Virus record (IMG/VR): IMGVR_UViG_3300023184_000031
Coordinates: 106,256 to 170,255 of that record
Length of the DNA: 64,000 bases
Source of the DNA: a virus
Taxonomy: Duplodnaviria > Heunggongvirae > Uroviricota > Caudoviricetes
Reading direction: 5' to 3' (one strand)
Under the pieces are notes generated by a model. It was given only the letters and a program-made list of their open reading frames with translations. It did no database searches and had not been told where the DNA came from. A program made the translations under genes and the position numbers. Every line of letters begins with the position of its first letter. Within the stretch, counting starts at the first letter, position 1. Positions 1-10,059 of the stretch are shown one piece after another.

Positions 1-2718
1 TCATATGTTTCTGGATCTGTACATACTAGTTTTAATCCTGCATTAAGTGCATCATATGCTTCCGGCTCTACAAGTGCATCATATGCCCTTACAGCATCAT
101 ATGCATTAAATGTGTCAACAGCTCCTACACCCTCATTCATAGCAACAGGTAGTGTTACTGCTAGTGTAGATATAACTACATCATCATTATTTACTGTAAC
201 ATCAGGTAGTGTAACTACATTAAAATTAGAAAGAAATAATATAGCATATGGATATAGACTAACATTATCAAATCCTGCTAGTTCAAATGCTTTCTTAGAT
301 GCAGGATCAAATGTAGATAGCGATAGTACAATCAATGCGGCAACATTAGGATTAGGATATGCTGGAGCATACACAACCATTGATGCTTATGGAAATATGA
401 AAGCCAAAGCAAATCAGGGTTGGTTATTATATGGTGCTGTAACAGGTGGAGATAATGTAGTTTTCTTAAAAGGAGCATCAACTGGAACAGGATCCCTATT
501 CAGTGCAAGAATAAGTGGAAGTACAAATGTTTTTGATTATAGCTATGTAGGAGGAGGTGTATATCAATTAACAGTAACCGGATCTGTAGTAACACTTGGA
601 ACAGCAAGTATTGATAATACATTATATGTAAGCGGAGGATATGTCTCAGTTGGAACTACCAATATAGGAGCTGGTGTAACACCAACATCTAACTTTGGTA
701 CTAATAAAGAAATATATGCTAATGGTGGGTTTAATGTAGGAAACCCAAATGCTCTTAGCTATGTTAAAACAGGAATGTATGCCGGATCTAGCAATTTAGC
801 ATTTTGGTCAGGTAATGGTCAGATAGTTACTATGACTTATGTTGGGGGTACAGGTACATCAGCAGATTCACTTAAAATAGCTGAATCATATAACGCATCA
901 TCAGGAACAGGTACAGTATCTACTTTAAGAATAATAGGAAGTACACAACCAGCAGGCGCTAATAGTGTTAATTATAACCAAATATATATTACCCCTGCAT
1001 ATTCACAATCAATAGGAACAGGAGCAATAAGGGGTATATATTATAATCCAACAATAACTACATTAGGTAGCTCTACACATACCGCTATTGAAACAACAAG
1101 TGGCAATATAATATTTGGAGGTATCCCAACATCATCAATATCAGGAATAGGGGTATTATTAATAAGTAGTAGCGGACAACTATACTATACAGCCTCTTCA
1201 GCATTTATCGGATTAACATCAGCCGGCGGTTCAACAAACCAAATACAATACAATGTAAGTAATGTACTTACAGCAGAATCTAGCTTTACGTATGAACAAA
1301 ATTATCATAATTTCCAACAAGGATATCAAGTAACAGCAAGTGGAGGATCTTATTCTCATGCACAAGGTTTCCAAACCATAGCAAGTGGAGGATATTCACA
1401 CACTGAAGGTCGTGTTAATACAGCATATGCTGTATATTCACACGCAGAAGGACAAGAAACATCAACATTATTTGGAGCAGAAGCATCACATACTGAAGGT
1501 TTCCGTACAATAACAATAGGACAAGCATCACATGCTGAAGGTAATGCATCAACAGCATATGGAAATAATTCTCATGCTGAAGGTTTTCAAACTGTAGCAA
1601 GTGGATCATCATCCCACGCTGAAGGTATTTCCACAATAGCATCTGGAGGAACTTCACATGCAGAAGGTTCTGGAACATTAGCAAGTGGATCATCATCCCA
1701 TGCAGAAGGTCAGAACACAGTAGCATGGGGAGATTATTCACACGCTGCTGGTACAGGAACAATAGCCTCAGGTAGTGGGCAAAATGTAGTAGGTTCATAT
1801 AACAAACAAGGTGACTCAACATCTCTATTCATAATAGGTAATGGAACCTCAGCCGGAGCAAGAAGCGATGTATTTAAAGCCACGACAACCGGTATACAAG
1901 TAACAGGATCAGTAATAATAACAGGTTCACTTAGTAATGGTACAGGAGGAACAGTATCTTCAACGGGCCATGTAGAAGGTACAGGATCACAAGCTCTTGG
2001 TTCTTATTCTCATGCTGAAGGAACTTTTACTATTGTATCAGCAGGTGGAACAAATGCCCATGCTGAGGGAGATAGAACATTAGCCAATGCAGATTCATGT
2101 CACGTAGAAGGATATCTAACAACAGGGTCAGGCCAATATGCACATGCTGAAGGTAGATTCACACAAGCATATTATGCAGCGCACTCAGAAGGAACTCAAA
2201 CAGTAGCATCTGGTACATATTCACACGCAGAAGGTATAAATACCATTGCTTATGGATTAGCATCTCATGCTGAAGGTAATTCAAACTTTGCTTATGGTGA
2301 TTATTGTCATGCTGAAGGACAAAGTACAAGAGCATATGGTACTGGTTCTCATGCAGAAGGATACCAAACAGAAACATGGGTTGGTACTACAGGAGCTCAT
2401 ACTGAAGGATATAAAACAGTAGCATCTGGTTCATATCAAACAGTAATGGGAACTTGGAATAAACAGGGAGATACATCATCATTATTTATAATAGGTAATG
2501 GTACAAGTGAAGGAGCAAGAAGCGATGTATTTAGAGCTACAACAACCGGTATACAAGTAACAGGATCAGCTACAATAACAGATGTACTTGTTCTACCATA
2601 CCAAAATCCACTCCCATCAAGTAAACCAACAGGATCAATAGCTACATCAGGTAGTGGAGCTACATTTATTGGATTATTTCTGTATAATGGTACATCATGG
2701 GTTAAATTATCAGTATAA
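1..2718 (+). CDS. Tail-fibre-like repeat protein, 5'-partial. The reading frame is open from nt 1; the listed start at 112 is GTG.
   Basis: No in-frame stop from 1 to 112. Gly/Ser/Thr-rich beta-type composition. About 20 tandem 14-aa repeats with core [YS][SA]H[AT]EG. Two copies of an NKQGD(S/T)SLFIIGNGTS.GARSDVF.ATTTGIQVTGS module. ORF ends LYNGTSWVKLSV. Confidence 0.7.
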   Translation, partial: SYVSGSVHTSFNPALSASYASGSTSASYALTASYALNVSTAPTPSFIATGSVTASVDITTSSLFTVTSGSVTTLKLERNNIAYGYRLTLSNPASSNAFLDAGSNVDSDSTINAATLGLGYAGAYTTIDAYGNMKAKANQGWLLYGAVTGGDNVVFLKGASTGTGSLFSARISGSTNVFDYSYVGGGVYQLTVTGSVVTLGTASIDNTLYVSGGYVSVGTTNIGAGVTPTSNFGTNKEIYANGGFNVGNPNALSYVKTGMYAGSSNLAFWSGNGQIVTMTYVGGTGTSADSLKIAESYNASSGTGTVSTLRIIGSTQPAGANSVNYNQIYITPAYSQSIGTGAIRGIYYNPTITTLGSSTHTAIETTSGNIIFGGIPTSSISGIGVLLISSSGQLYYTASSAFIGLTSAGGSTNQIQYNVSNVLTAESSFTYEQNYHNFQQGYQVTASGGSYSHAQGFQTIASGGYSHTEGRVNTAYAVYSHAEGQETSTLFGAEASHTEGFRTITIGQASHAEGNASTAYGNNSHAEGFQTVASGSSSHAEGISTIASGGTSHAEGSGTLASGSSSHAEGQNTVAWGDYSHAAGTGTIASGSGQNVVGSYNKQGDSTSLFIIGNGTSAGARSDVFKATTTGIQVTGSVIITGSLSNGTGGTVSSTGHVEGTGSQALGSYSHAEGTFTIVSAGGTNAHAEGDRTLANADSCHVEGYLTTGSGQYAHAEGRFTQAYYAAHSEGTQTVASGTYSHAEGINTIAYGLASHAEGNSNFAYGDYCHAEGQSTRAYGTGSHAEGYQTETWVGTTGAHTEGYKTVASGSYQTVMGTWNKQGDTSSLFIIGNGTSEGARSDVFRATTTGIQVTGSATITDVLVLPYQNPLPSSKPTGSIATSGSGATFIGLFLYNGTSWVKLSV
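1345..2440 (+). repeat. Intragenic tandem repeat region, ~42 bp period, encoding the xSHAEGxxTxAxGx units. Includes a ~130 bp near-identical direct duplication (about 1795-1925 and 2455-2585).
   Basis: Repeated 'tcacatgctgaaggt'-like nucleotide blocks. Near-identical segments 'gcaagaagcgatgtattta.agc' and 'acaaccggtatacaagtaacaggatcag' occur twice. Confidence 0.75.
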
Positions 2719-2788
2719 TATTTGGCAAGGCAAAATAAACTAGGTTATGTATTAAATCATATATTTATTATCGAATAAACTCGATAAT

Positions 2789-3475
2789 ATGACTAGTATA
2801 TACGCTTTATCAAAAGAAAATTATATATTCTATATAGGAAAAACAATTAATGTACATAGTAGATTATATGAACATAAACAAAAGTATGGATCTAATATAG
2901 AAATAATAATATTAGATGAAGTAGAAGATAATAAATGGATGTTTTGGGAAAAATATTATATTTCATTGTTTAAAAGTTGGGGTTACATCTTAAAAAATAA
3001 AAATGATGGTGGTGGTGGAACAACACGAGGTACACTCCAAAAATCTCAAAAACTAAAAAAATCAAAACATAAACCTATTTTGCAATATGATTTACAAGGT
3101 AACTTTATTAGAGAATGGGAAAGTAGTAAACAAGTAGCGGACGAATTACAATTAACTAATTCTAGTGGAATAACTTCAGTTTTAAAAAACCATAGTCCTA
3201 CTGCTTATAAAAGCATATGGAAATATAAAACAGAAAATTATCCGTTTAAAATAAATCCTCCTCAATATTGGGAAAATAATTTAATACCTGTACTTCAATA
3301 TGATTTGCAAGGTAATCTAATAAAAGAATGGAGGAGCGGCAAAGAAGCTTCCTTATATTTAAATATAAATAAACAAAGCATATGCAATACTCTAAAAAAC
3401 AGAGCAAAGTCAGCATGTGGATATGTTTGGAAATATAAAAAAAGGAGGCATTATCTACCAGTCAATTTATTATGA
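2789..3475 (+). mobile_element. Free-standing GIY-YIG homing endonuclease with two NUMOD/IENR-like DNA-binding repeats.
   Basis: N-terminal 'IYALSKENYIFYIGKTINVHSRLYEHK' is a GIY-x10-YIG motif. Two C-terminal repeats 'ILQYDLQGNxIxEWxSxK' follow. The 3' end overlaps the DNA polymerase ORF start by ~59 nt. Confidence 0.8.
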
Positions 3476-6032
3476 TCGATCTACCTACACCTATCATCTA
3501 CGCGATGATGAAAAAGGCTGGTTAGATTTCAAATACACCCCCGAACTATACCAAATAGTACCTAATGGCCCATTAGAGACATTAGATGGTAAACGCGCTA
3601 AACCAGTCAACAAATACGAATGGCGCGACACTTCCCTATACGAACAAGACGTTGATAAATGTACACGCGTACTGATTGACCTATACAAGGATAGTGATGA
3701 AGGTCCTAAACAACACAACATAGTTTATTTTGATATTGAGTGTGAAATTGGTGGAACACTAACAGCTGATTATATCAAATCAGCACCCATGAAGATGACA
3801 TCAGTAGCACTGTATGATAATACAATGCAAAAATGGTATTGTCTAATATTGGATGAAAAGAACCAAATAACACCAGTAACAACCGATTCACAAGAGATAA
3901 GACGCTTCAATACAGAAGCTGATATGTTACTTGATTTCCTCAATCTATGGGAATATATAGACCCAACCATCATCTCAGGATGGAATAGTGGATTCTTCGA
4001 TGTACCATACACTTACTATAGAATGTGTAATGTATTAGGTAAAGACCAAGCAATTAGACTATCACCACTACGTAAATTAAATTTCACTGATTGGGATCAA
4101 TCACAACCAATAGAGCTAGGTGGTATTAATCATTTGGATTATATGTTACTATTTAAAAAGTACATTGTAAAACAAGAACCATCATACAAATTAAATGACA
4201 TAGGTGAGAAATATGTTAAATTAGGTAAGATAGAATATGAAGGCTCATTAGATAAACTATTCCAAACCGACATAAATAAATTCATTCAGTATAATCTACG
4301 TGACGTTGAGATTATTATTGAATTAGAGAAGAAATTAAAATTCATTGATCTAACAGTCGCTATCTGTCATTTATGTCACGTACCATACGAGCAAATCTAC
4401 CTATCAACAGTATTAAATGATGGAGCTATATTAACATATCTCAAACGCCAAGATATAGTATCACCAAACAAACCAACAACAATAAATCCATCACTAAAAG
4501 AATCTACTAGTGATGATTATGCTGGTGGCTACCTTAAAGACCCAATACCAGGACTATATCAATGGGTTATTGATTTGGACTTTACATCACTATATCCCTC
4601 AATCATTCGCTCGCTCAATATTGGTATTGAAACATTAGTAGGTCGTATTGTTAATACAGGTAAATATGATAACCAATGGTCATATGAAGAGCTACTTGAC
4701 ATGGATCCTAATAAAATGGTTACTATTGAGAAGCTAAATGAGAACTTCACTACATCCAGAACACAGGTTACTGTAAGTAAGATAGTAAAGATGATAGAGA
4801 ACAATAAATGGATTACAGCAGCGTCAGGAGCTATATTCAGAACAGATAAATCATCAGTAGTGTGTGAAGTATTAACTGATTGGTTCAATAAACGTAAGCA
4901 ATACAAGAAACTAATGTCTGAAGCATATAAGAAAGGAGATACTACATTAGGTGAGTATTATAACAGACTACAACACGCTTATAAGATCAAATTAAATGAC
5001 GTTTATGGCTGCTACGCTATCAATAGTTGGCGCTATACAGATGGACATAAAATGATATCATCTGCCATTACATTAACTGGACAACGCCTACTACAAGAGA
5101 GTATAATCAATATGAATAGGCATATAAACAGCCTATTAAAAACGGATAAAGACTATATTATAACATCCGACACAGATTCGCTATTCATACAAGTAAAAGA
5201 TATATTAGTTTCTAAAGGCGTTGATTTAACCGATAAAGAAGCATGTATTAAAGCAACACTAGAGATAGCATCTGAACTACAGGAAATAGCAAATATCTTC
5301 ATAGGTGAATTTGCAAAGAAATCATTTAATATACCAGGTGATCGTGAGCATTATTTCGAATTAAAGCAAGAAGTAGTAATTGAACGTAGTTATCATTCAG
5401 GTAAACGTCGCTATGCTATGCTTATTGTAAATAAGGAAGGTGTAGCTACTGAAGAGATGATTATGATGGGTCTAGATTTGATGAAATCAAATATGCCTCC
5501 GCTATACAAAAAATTCGGACAGAATCTACTAAAAGAGATAATGTCAGGTAAACCCAAAGCGGAAGTAGATAAACTAATAGTAGATTTCAAATCACAGCTA
5601 GAGAAAATGTCATGGGTTGATCTAGCTAAACCAACAGGCGTTAAGCAAATCAATTCATACATTGCTAAGCGTCCTGCACCAGGTGAGATATTTAGTGAAT
5701 TTAAGCTAAAAGCACCTATCAATACTAAAGCAGCAGTATACTATAATGATCTACTAAAATTCAAGAAATTGGATAAGAAGTACACAAGATTCACAGAAGG
5801 CGATAAGATGAAATATGTATCGTTGCGGCCAAATCCATTTAATATTGACGTAATAGGCTTTAAAGGTATTGATGATCCTGAATTTATCACTGAATTTATT
5901 GACAAATATGTAGATAGAGAAGATGCATTTAACTCGGTATTATTGAATAAATTAACAGGCGTTTACGAAGACATTAAGTGGGATTTCCCGGTTTTGAACG
6001 CAAAGATTAATAAATTCTTTAAATTCCATTAA
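3417..6032 (+). CDS. Family-B DNA polymerase.
   Basis: Exo I 'YFDIECE'. YAGGY. Motif A 'DLDFTSLYPSII'. Motif C 'ITSDTDSLF'. KKRY-like 'GKRRYA'. The true start may be 3417 or 3423. Confidence 0.9.
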   Translation: MDMFGNIKKGGIIYQSIYYDRSTYTYHLRDDEKGWLDFKYTPELYQIVPNGPLETLDGKRAKPVNKYEWRDTSLYEQDVDKCTRVLIDLYKDSDEGPKQHNIVYFDIECEIGGTLTADYIKSAPMKMTSVALYDNTMQKWYCLILDEKNQITPVTTDSQEIRRFNTEADMLLDFLNLWEYIDPTIISGWNSGFFDVPYTYYRMCNVLGKDQAIRLSPLRKLNFTDWDQSQPIELGGINHLDYMLLFKKYIVKQEPSYKLNDIGEKYVKLGKIEYEGSLDKLFQTDINKFIQYNLRDVEIIIELEKKLKFIDLTVAICHLCHVPYEQIYLSTVLNDGAILTYLKRQDIVSPNKPTTINPSLKESTSDDYAGGYLKDPIPGLYQWVIDLDFTSLYPSIIRSLNIGIETLVGRIVNTGKYDNQWSYEELLDMDPNKMVTIEKLNENFTTSRTQVTVSKIVKMIENNKWITAASGAIFRTDKSSVVCEVLTDWFNKRKQYKKLMSEAYKKGDTTLGEYYNRLQHAYKIKLNDVYGCYAINSWRYTDGHKMISSAITLTGQRLLQESIINMNRHINSLLKTDKDYIITSDTDSLFIQVKDILVSKGVDLTDKEACIKATLEIASELQEIANIFIGEFAKKSFNIPGDREHYFELKQEVVIERSYHSGKRRYAMLIVNKEGVATEEMIMMGLDLMKSNMPPLYKKFGQNLLKEIMSGKPKAEVDKLIVDFKSQLEKMSWVDLAKPTGVKQINSYIAKRPAPGEIFSEFKLKAPINTKAAVYYNDLLKFKKLDKKYTRFTEGDKMKYVSLRPNPFNIDVIGFKGIDDPEFITEFIDKYVDREDAFNSVLLNKLTGVYEDIKWDFPVLNAKINKFFKFH

Positions 6033-6034
6033 CC

Positions 6035-6274
6035 ATGATCCGTCTAATACACAACCCAGACCAATTAAAAGTTACCAATCAAATTAAGATTATTGACAAA
6101 GATGGTACTGAATTAATAATACCTATAGTTGTGATAGTAGGAATAGAAAAAGTAAAGGACAAACAACAATATAACATCTACAGATTAGTAGATTATATGT
6201 TTAACAGAGATTTCGTTATAGACAAACGTATCAAAGCAACTGCCCCTAAAAAACCATGGTGGAAGTTTTGGTAA
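6035..6274 (+). CDS. Hypothetical protein.
   Basis: ORF directly downstream of the polymerase in the same orientation. Confidence 0.4.
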   Translation: MIRLIHNPDQLKVTNQIKIIDKDGTELIIPIVVIVGIEKVKDKQQYNIYRLVDYMFNRDFVIDKRIKATAPKKPWWKFW

Positions 6275-6289
6275 ATTATATTTATATAC

Positions 6290-6694
6290 ATGAAACAATA
6301 TATCAACGAAGTAAAACGATTACAGAAATTAGCAGGCATTGATGAAGCAATGCAAGTAAATCCTCAAGGAAGATTACAAGACCTAGACATACCAAGCGGA
6401 TGGAAAAGACAAAAAATAGACTCAGATCAAGATCCTGAAGAAGATATAGAAATTGAATCTTATGGGGCACCAATGGAAGGATGGGATAAAGATCATTTAG
6501 ACGTAGTTACTATAATGAAAACTCCCAAAATAGATCCACTTACTGATGAACCTCAAGAAGTTAAATATTATGTAACAACATACATATCTTTTGGAGACTT
6601 TACAGAATCTGAACAGTTTGATAATCTTGATGATGCTAAGGCAGAAGCAATAAGTATAATGAATAATTTGAAGTCTGATTGGAGAGGTAGATAA
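6290..6694 (+). CDS. Hypothetical acidic protein.
   Basis: ORF with an AT-rich promoter-like upstream sequence 'tatatttatatacatg'. Confidence 0.5.
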   Translation: MKQYINEVKRLQKLAGIDEAMQVNPQGRLQDLDIPSGWKRQKIDSDQDPEEDIEIESYGAPMEGWDKDHLDVVTIMKTPKIDPLTDEPQEVKYYVTTYISFGDFTESEQFDNLDDAKAEAISIMNNLKSDWRGR

Positions 6695-6734
6695 GAGGAG
6701 TGGTAGGTCAAAATAAAAGTTATATATTTAAGTT

Positions 6735-7460
6735 ATGAAGAAACCATATTTAGAAGACGTTATTGAAAAGTATTACTTAGGTGGTCTAGTTGAACGTGTC
6801 AAAATACAAATAGTAGATAAGACACTAACTACTAAATTTATATCTCAACAGAAAAATCTAGTAGGAGTATTAGAAGCACCAAACATTACATTACCCGATT
6901 GCGAATTCGGCGTATATGACACCTCCCAACTCCTAAAGCTAATTGGTATTACTGATCACTTCCTCACATTAGATGTTGAAGCAAATAAAGGTATAGCTAG
7001 TAAGCTATTGATTGCTGATAACGAATACAACCTAGAATATGCATTAGCAGACACAATGCTAACGCCATCAGTACCATCAATTGATGAACCAACATATCAA
7101 ATGGTAGCTGATGTTAATGCTGAGTTTATTGCTAAATTCCTTAAAGCTAAGAAAGCGCTAGGTACAGATGTATTCATTATAGAGCAAGGTAAGGACCATG
7201 AAGATAAAAACGCAATGAAGTTTACATTAGGCGGTGTAGATAAACACACTAACAAAGTTAATTTTACACTACAAACAACACAATCCTCAGTACCAGGAGC
7301 ACAGTTGAAATTCCCCATTGCCGAATTCGGCGAAATATTAGCAGCAAATAAAGAACCACTAACAGGTGTATTAAGTGTATCCGAAGATGGATTACTAAAG
7401 ATTGACTTTACTAATGAAGAAGGCGTTAAAGCAACTTACCTGCTTGTTGGTAGGGAGTAG
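6735..7460 (+). CDS. Putative sliding clamp (gp45-like), tentative.
   Basis: 241 aa with two internally similar halves ('LPDCEFGVYDTSQLLKLIG' / 'FPIAEFGEILAANKE'). It sits between the polymerase and the clamp loader. There is no diagnostic motif; the call rests on size, position and architecture. Confidence 0.35.
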   Translation: MKKPYLEDVIEKYYLGGLVERVKIQIVDKTLTTKFISQQKNLVGVLEAPNITLPDCEFGVYDTSQLLKLIGITDHFLTLDVEANKGIASKLLIADNEYNLEYALADTMLTPSVPSIDEPTYQMVADVNAEFIAKFLKAKKALGTDVFIIEQGKDHEDKNAMKFTLGGVDKHTNKVNFTLQTTQSSVPGAQLKFPIAEFGEILAANKEPLTGVLSVSEDGLLKIDFTNEEGVKATYLLVGRE

Positions 7461-7549
7461 AATCCTCATATACGTATATACGAGCAATACACATTATGCA
7501 TTCGAAATTTTATAAATTAAAATACATAGAACATTTAAAAAACAAATAC

Positions 7550-7840
7550 ATGAACATTAAACCGTTACACAATCACGTAGTGATTAAGCAACAAGATGAA
7601 ACAGAAACAATGTATGGAAACATCATTGTACCAGATGCAGGTAAAGAGAAACCACTAATGGGTGAAGTAATTGCATCAGGACCAGGACTAATCAACATGA
7701 ATGGAGTATTAATTCCAAACACAGTTGAACTTGGATCAACAGTAATATTCCCCGCATTTGGTGGACAACGTATTACCGTTGAGGGTGAAGAATTAATCGT
7801 ATGTAAAGAACAAGATTTAATCGCAATTTTAAAAAAATAA
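7550..7840 (+). CDS. groES: Co-chaperonin GroES (Cpn10).
   Basis: 'NIKPLHNHVVIK..ETMYGNIIVPDAGKEKPLMGEVIASGPG...GSTVIFPAFGG..I..EGEELIVCKEQDLIAI'. Start trimmed to ATG 7550 within ORF 7496..7840. Confidence 0.85.
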   Translation: MNIKPLHNHVVIKQQDETETMYGNIIVPDAGKEKPLMGEVIASGPGLINMNGVLIPNTVELGSTVIFPAFGGQRITVEGEELIVCKEQDLIAILKK

Positions 7841-7853
7841 AAACAAATGAATT

Positions 7854-8024
7854 ATGGAAAACATTATTGTAGAAATTAAAGTAACAAATGAAAAAGGAAA
7901 AAGCGACACAGTTTCATTTCCTTATGATGTTTATGTTGGTATGAAAGAAAATAATAACATAAATATGGTAGATGATTTATTAAGTGGTTTAATTGAAAAA
8001 CTAAAACAAAAAGATAAAAAATGA
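7854..8024 (+). CDS. Small hypothetical protein, 56 aa.
   Basis: ORF MENIIVEIKVTNEKGKSDTV... Its TGA stop overlaps the groEL ATG (ATGA), suggesting translational coupling. Below the ORF-track size cut-off. Confidence 0.35.
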   Translation: MENIIVEIKVTNEKGKSDTVSFPYDVYVGMKENNNINMVDDLLSGLIEKLKQKDKK

Positions 8025-9655
8025 GTAAAATAATCAGTTTTAACAGAGATGCTAAAGAAAAATTGAAAGTCGGTATTGACAAGGTCAATAACGCAGTATC
8101 AGTAACAATGGGACCATTTGGTCGTAACGTATTGATTGAAAAAGAACACGGACAAGTAATATCAACTAAAGATGGTGTTACAGTAGCTAAAACAGTAGTA
8201 TTGGAAGATCCAATCGAAAACATGGCCGCTACCGTAATTAAACAAGCAGCAGAAAAAACAGTAGATGCAGCCGGTGATGGTACAACAACATCAACAGTAT
8301 TAGCACATTCAATTGCAACACAAGCATTAGAGGCAACATCGTATGCATCAACAAATGCAACGCAAGTAAAGAAAGGCATTGAATCAGCTGTAAAAACAGT
8401 AGTAGCAGAATTAAAAAGAATGTCTGTTCCGGTATCTGATGAAACACAAATCAGACAGATTGCTACATTATCCGCTAACGGCGATGCTGAAATTGGTGAA
8501 TTAGTAGCCACAGCTATTGATAAAGTAGGAAGAGATGGAGTAGTAACAGTAGAAGAGTCGCGTACTGGGGAAACTAGTTTAGAAGTAGTAGAGGGTATGC
8601 AGTTTGAAAGAGGATATAAGTCACCATACATGGTTACAGACAACAATACCATGACAGCAGTATTGGATAATCCATTATTATTGCTTGTAGATGGTAGAGT
8701 ATCTTCTATTAAGGAATTATTGCCTTTACTTGAAGCAGTATCACAAGAAAATAAATCATTATTGATTGTAGCTGAAGATATTGAAGGGGAAGCATTAGCA
8801 GCATTGATTGTAAATAAAATGAGAGGTATTTTGAAGGTAGCTGCTGTTAAAGCACCTGACTTTGGAGAACGTAGAACATTAATTTTGGAAGATATTGCAA
8901 CGCTAACAGGTGGAACAGTAGTATCACACCAAAAAGGTATGAAGCTAGATAAATTCAATAAAGATTGGTTCGGTGAAGCTCGTACTGTAACAGTAGGTAA
9001 AGATACAACTACTATTGTTGATGGTAAAGGTGAAACTACAGCTATTGAATCTCGTATTATGGAATTAAAATCACAAATCGACAATTCAAATTCACCATAC
9101 GAAATTGAAAAGCTACAAGAGCGCTTATCTAAAATGATTGGTGGAGTAGCTATTATCAATGTAGGTGGTGGAACAGAGATCGAAATGAAAGAGAAGAAAG
9201 ACAGATTGGATGATGCTTTACAAGCAACTAAAGCTGCTCTTGATGAAGGTATCTTACCAGGTGCTGGTGTAGCATTATTACATGCTAGAGAAGCTATTAG
9301 CTATATTAAAACAGATGGTGAAGACTTTAATAAAGGTAAACGTATCGTACAAAATGCATGTATGTCTCCATTTGCACAAATTCTAACTAACGCTGGTGAA
9401 AATCACTATGAGTGGTTAATGCAATTGAAAGACCATAATGAAGATTCATCTTTAGTACCTAATATTGAAGAAGAAATATTAACAGACGCTTATACCTCAG
9501 GTATCATCGATCCAACTAAAGTAGTACGTTCAGCACTTGAAAATGCAGCTGCAGCCGCAGTAACATTACTAATGACTGAATGCGTAATATATGAAAAACC
9601 ATCTGATAAGAAAGCAGACGCTGGAATGGATATGATGGGTGGAATGGGAATGTAA
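8021..9655 (+). CDS. groEL: Chaperonin GroEL (Cpn60).
   Basis: 'AAGDGTTTSTVLA'. 'GGGTEIEMKEKKDRLDDAL'. C-terminal 'GMDMMGGMGM' tail. 544 aa. Confidence 0.92.
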   Translation: MSKIISFNRDAKEKLKVGIDKVNNAVSVTMGPFGRNVLIEKEHGQVISTKDGVTVAKTVVLEDPIENMAATVIKQAAEKTVDAAGDGTTTSTVLAHSIATQALEATSYASTNATQVKKGIESAVKTVVAELKRMSVPVSDETQIRQIATLSANGDAEIGELVATAIDKVGRDGVVTVEESRTGETSLEVVEGMQFERGYKSPYMVTDNNTMTAVLDNPLLLLVDGRVSSIKELLPLLEAVSQENKSLLIVAEDIEGEALAALIVNKMRGILKVAAVKAPDFGERRTLILEDIATLTGGTVVSHQKGMKLDKFNKDWFGEARTVTVGKDTTTIVDGKGETTAIESRIMELKSQIDNSNSPYEIEKLQERLSKMIGGVAIINVGGGTEIEMKEKKDRLDDALQATKAALDEGILPGAGVALLHAREAISYIKTDGEDFNKGKRIVQNACMSPFAQILTNAGENHYEWLMQLKDHNEDSSLVPNIEEEILTDAYTSGIIDPTKVVRSALENAAAAAVTLLMTECVIYEKPSDKKADAGMDMMGGMGM

Positions 9656-9681
9656 TAAATATTTATATTAAATAACACACA

Positions 9682-10017
9682 ATGGCAGTATATAACGCAC
9701 CCTCACTATATGGAACAGGATCTGTTGGTGAAGATCTATCAGGATTAAAAACATTTACCTTTAGTAATCCATATGTCTCATCATATTTTACCTTAGAAAC
9801 AGTAAGAAATCCAAGTGGATTCTATGTTGGCCAACCAACAAACTTTACAGGGACTTGGAATGTTTCCGCTTCTATGGGATTAGTTCAATCACCTTATATT
9901 GCTTCTGTTGTTGTAATTCCTGGAGCTTCTTCATTTACATTTACCCCAGCATCTGCTGTTACAGGAACAACATATCGTATAATGGGAACAGGAGCTTATA
10001 CTTTAACAATTACTTAA
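9682..10017 (+). CDS. Hypothetical beta-rich protein.
   Basis: ORF with Ser/Thr/Gly-rich composition. Confidence 0.45.
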   Translation: MAVYNAPSLYGTGSVGEDLSGLKTFTFSNPYVSSYFTLETVRNPSGFYVGQPTNFTGTWNVSASMGLVQSPYIASVVVIPGASSFTFTPASAVTGTTYRIMGTGAYTLTIT

Positions 10018-10059
10018 AATAGTAGTTGAAAGGCAAAATAAAAATCATAGATTCCGGTT

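Noticed and set aside
1415-2377. Minus-strand ORFs 1415..1822 and 2159..2377.
   Set aside because: Antisense to the repetitive tail-fibre gene. Leu/Met-rich artefacts of the repeat.
7876-9159. 427-aa minus-strand ORF.
   Set aside because: Lies entirely antisense to GroEL, and its low-complexity composition mirrors GroEL codons. GroEL motifs on the + strand are unambiguous.
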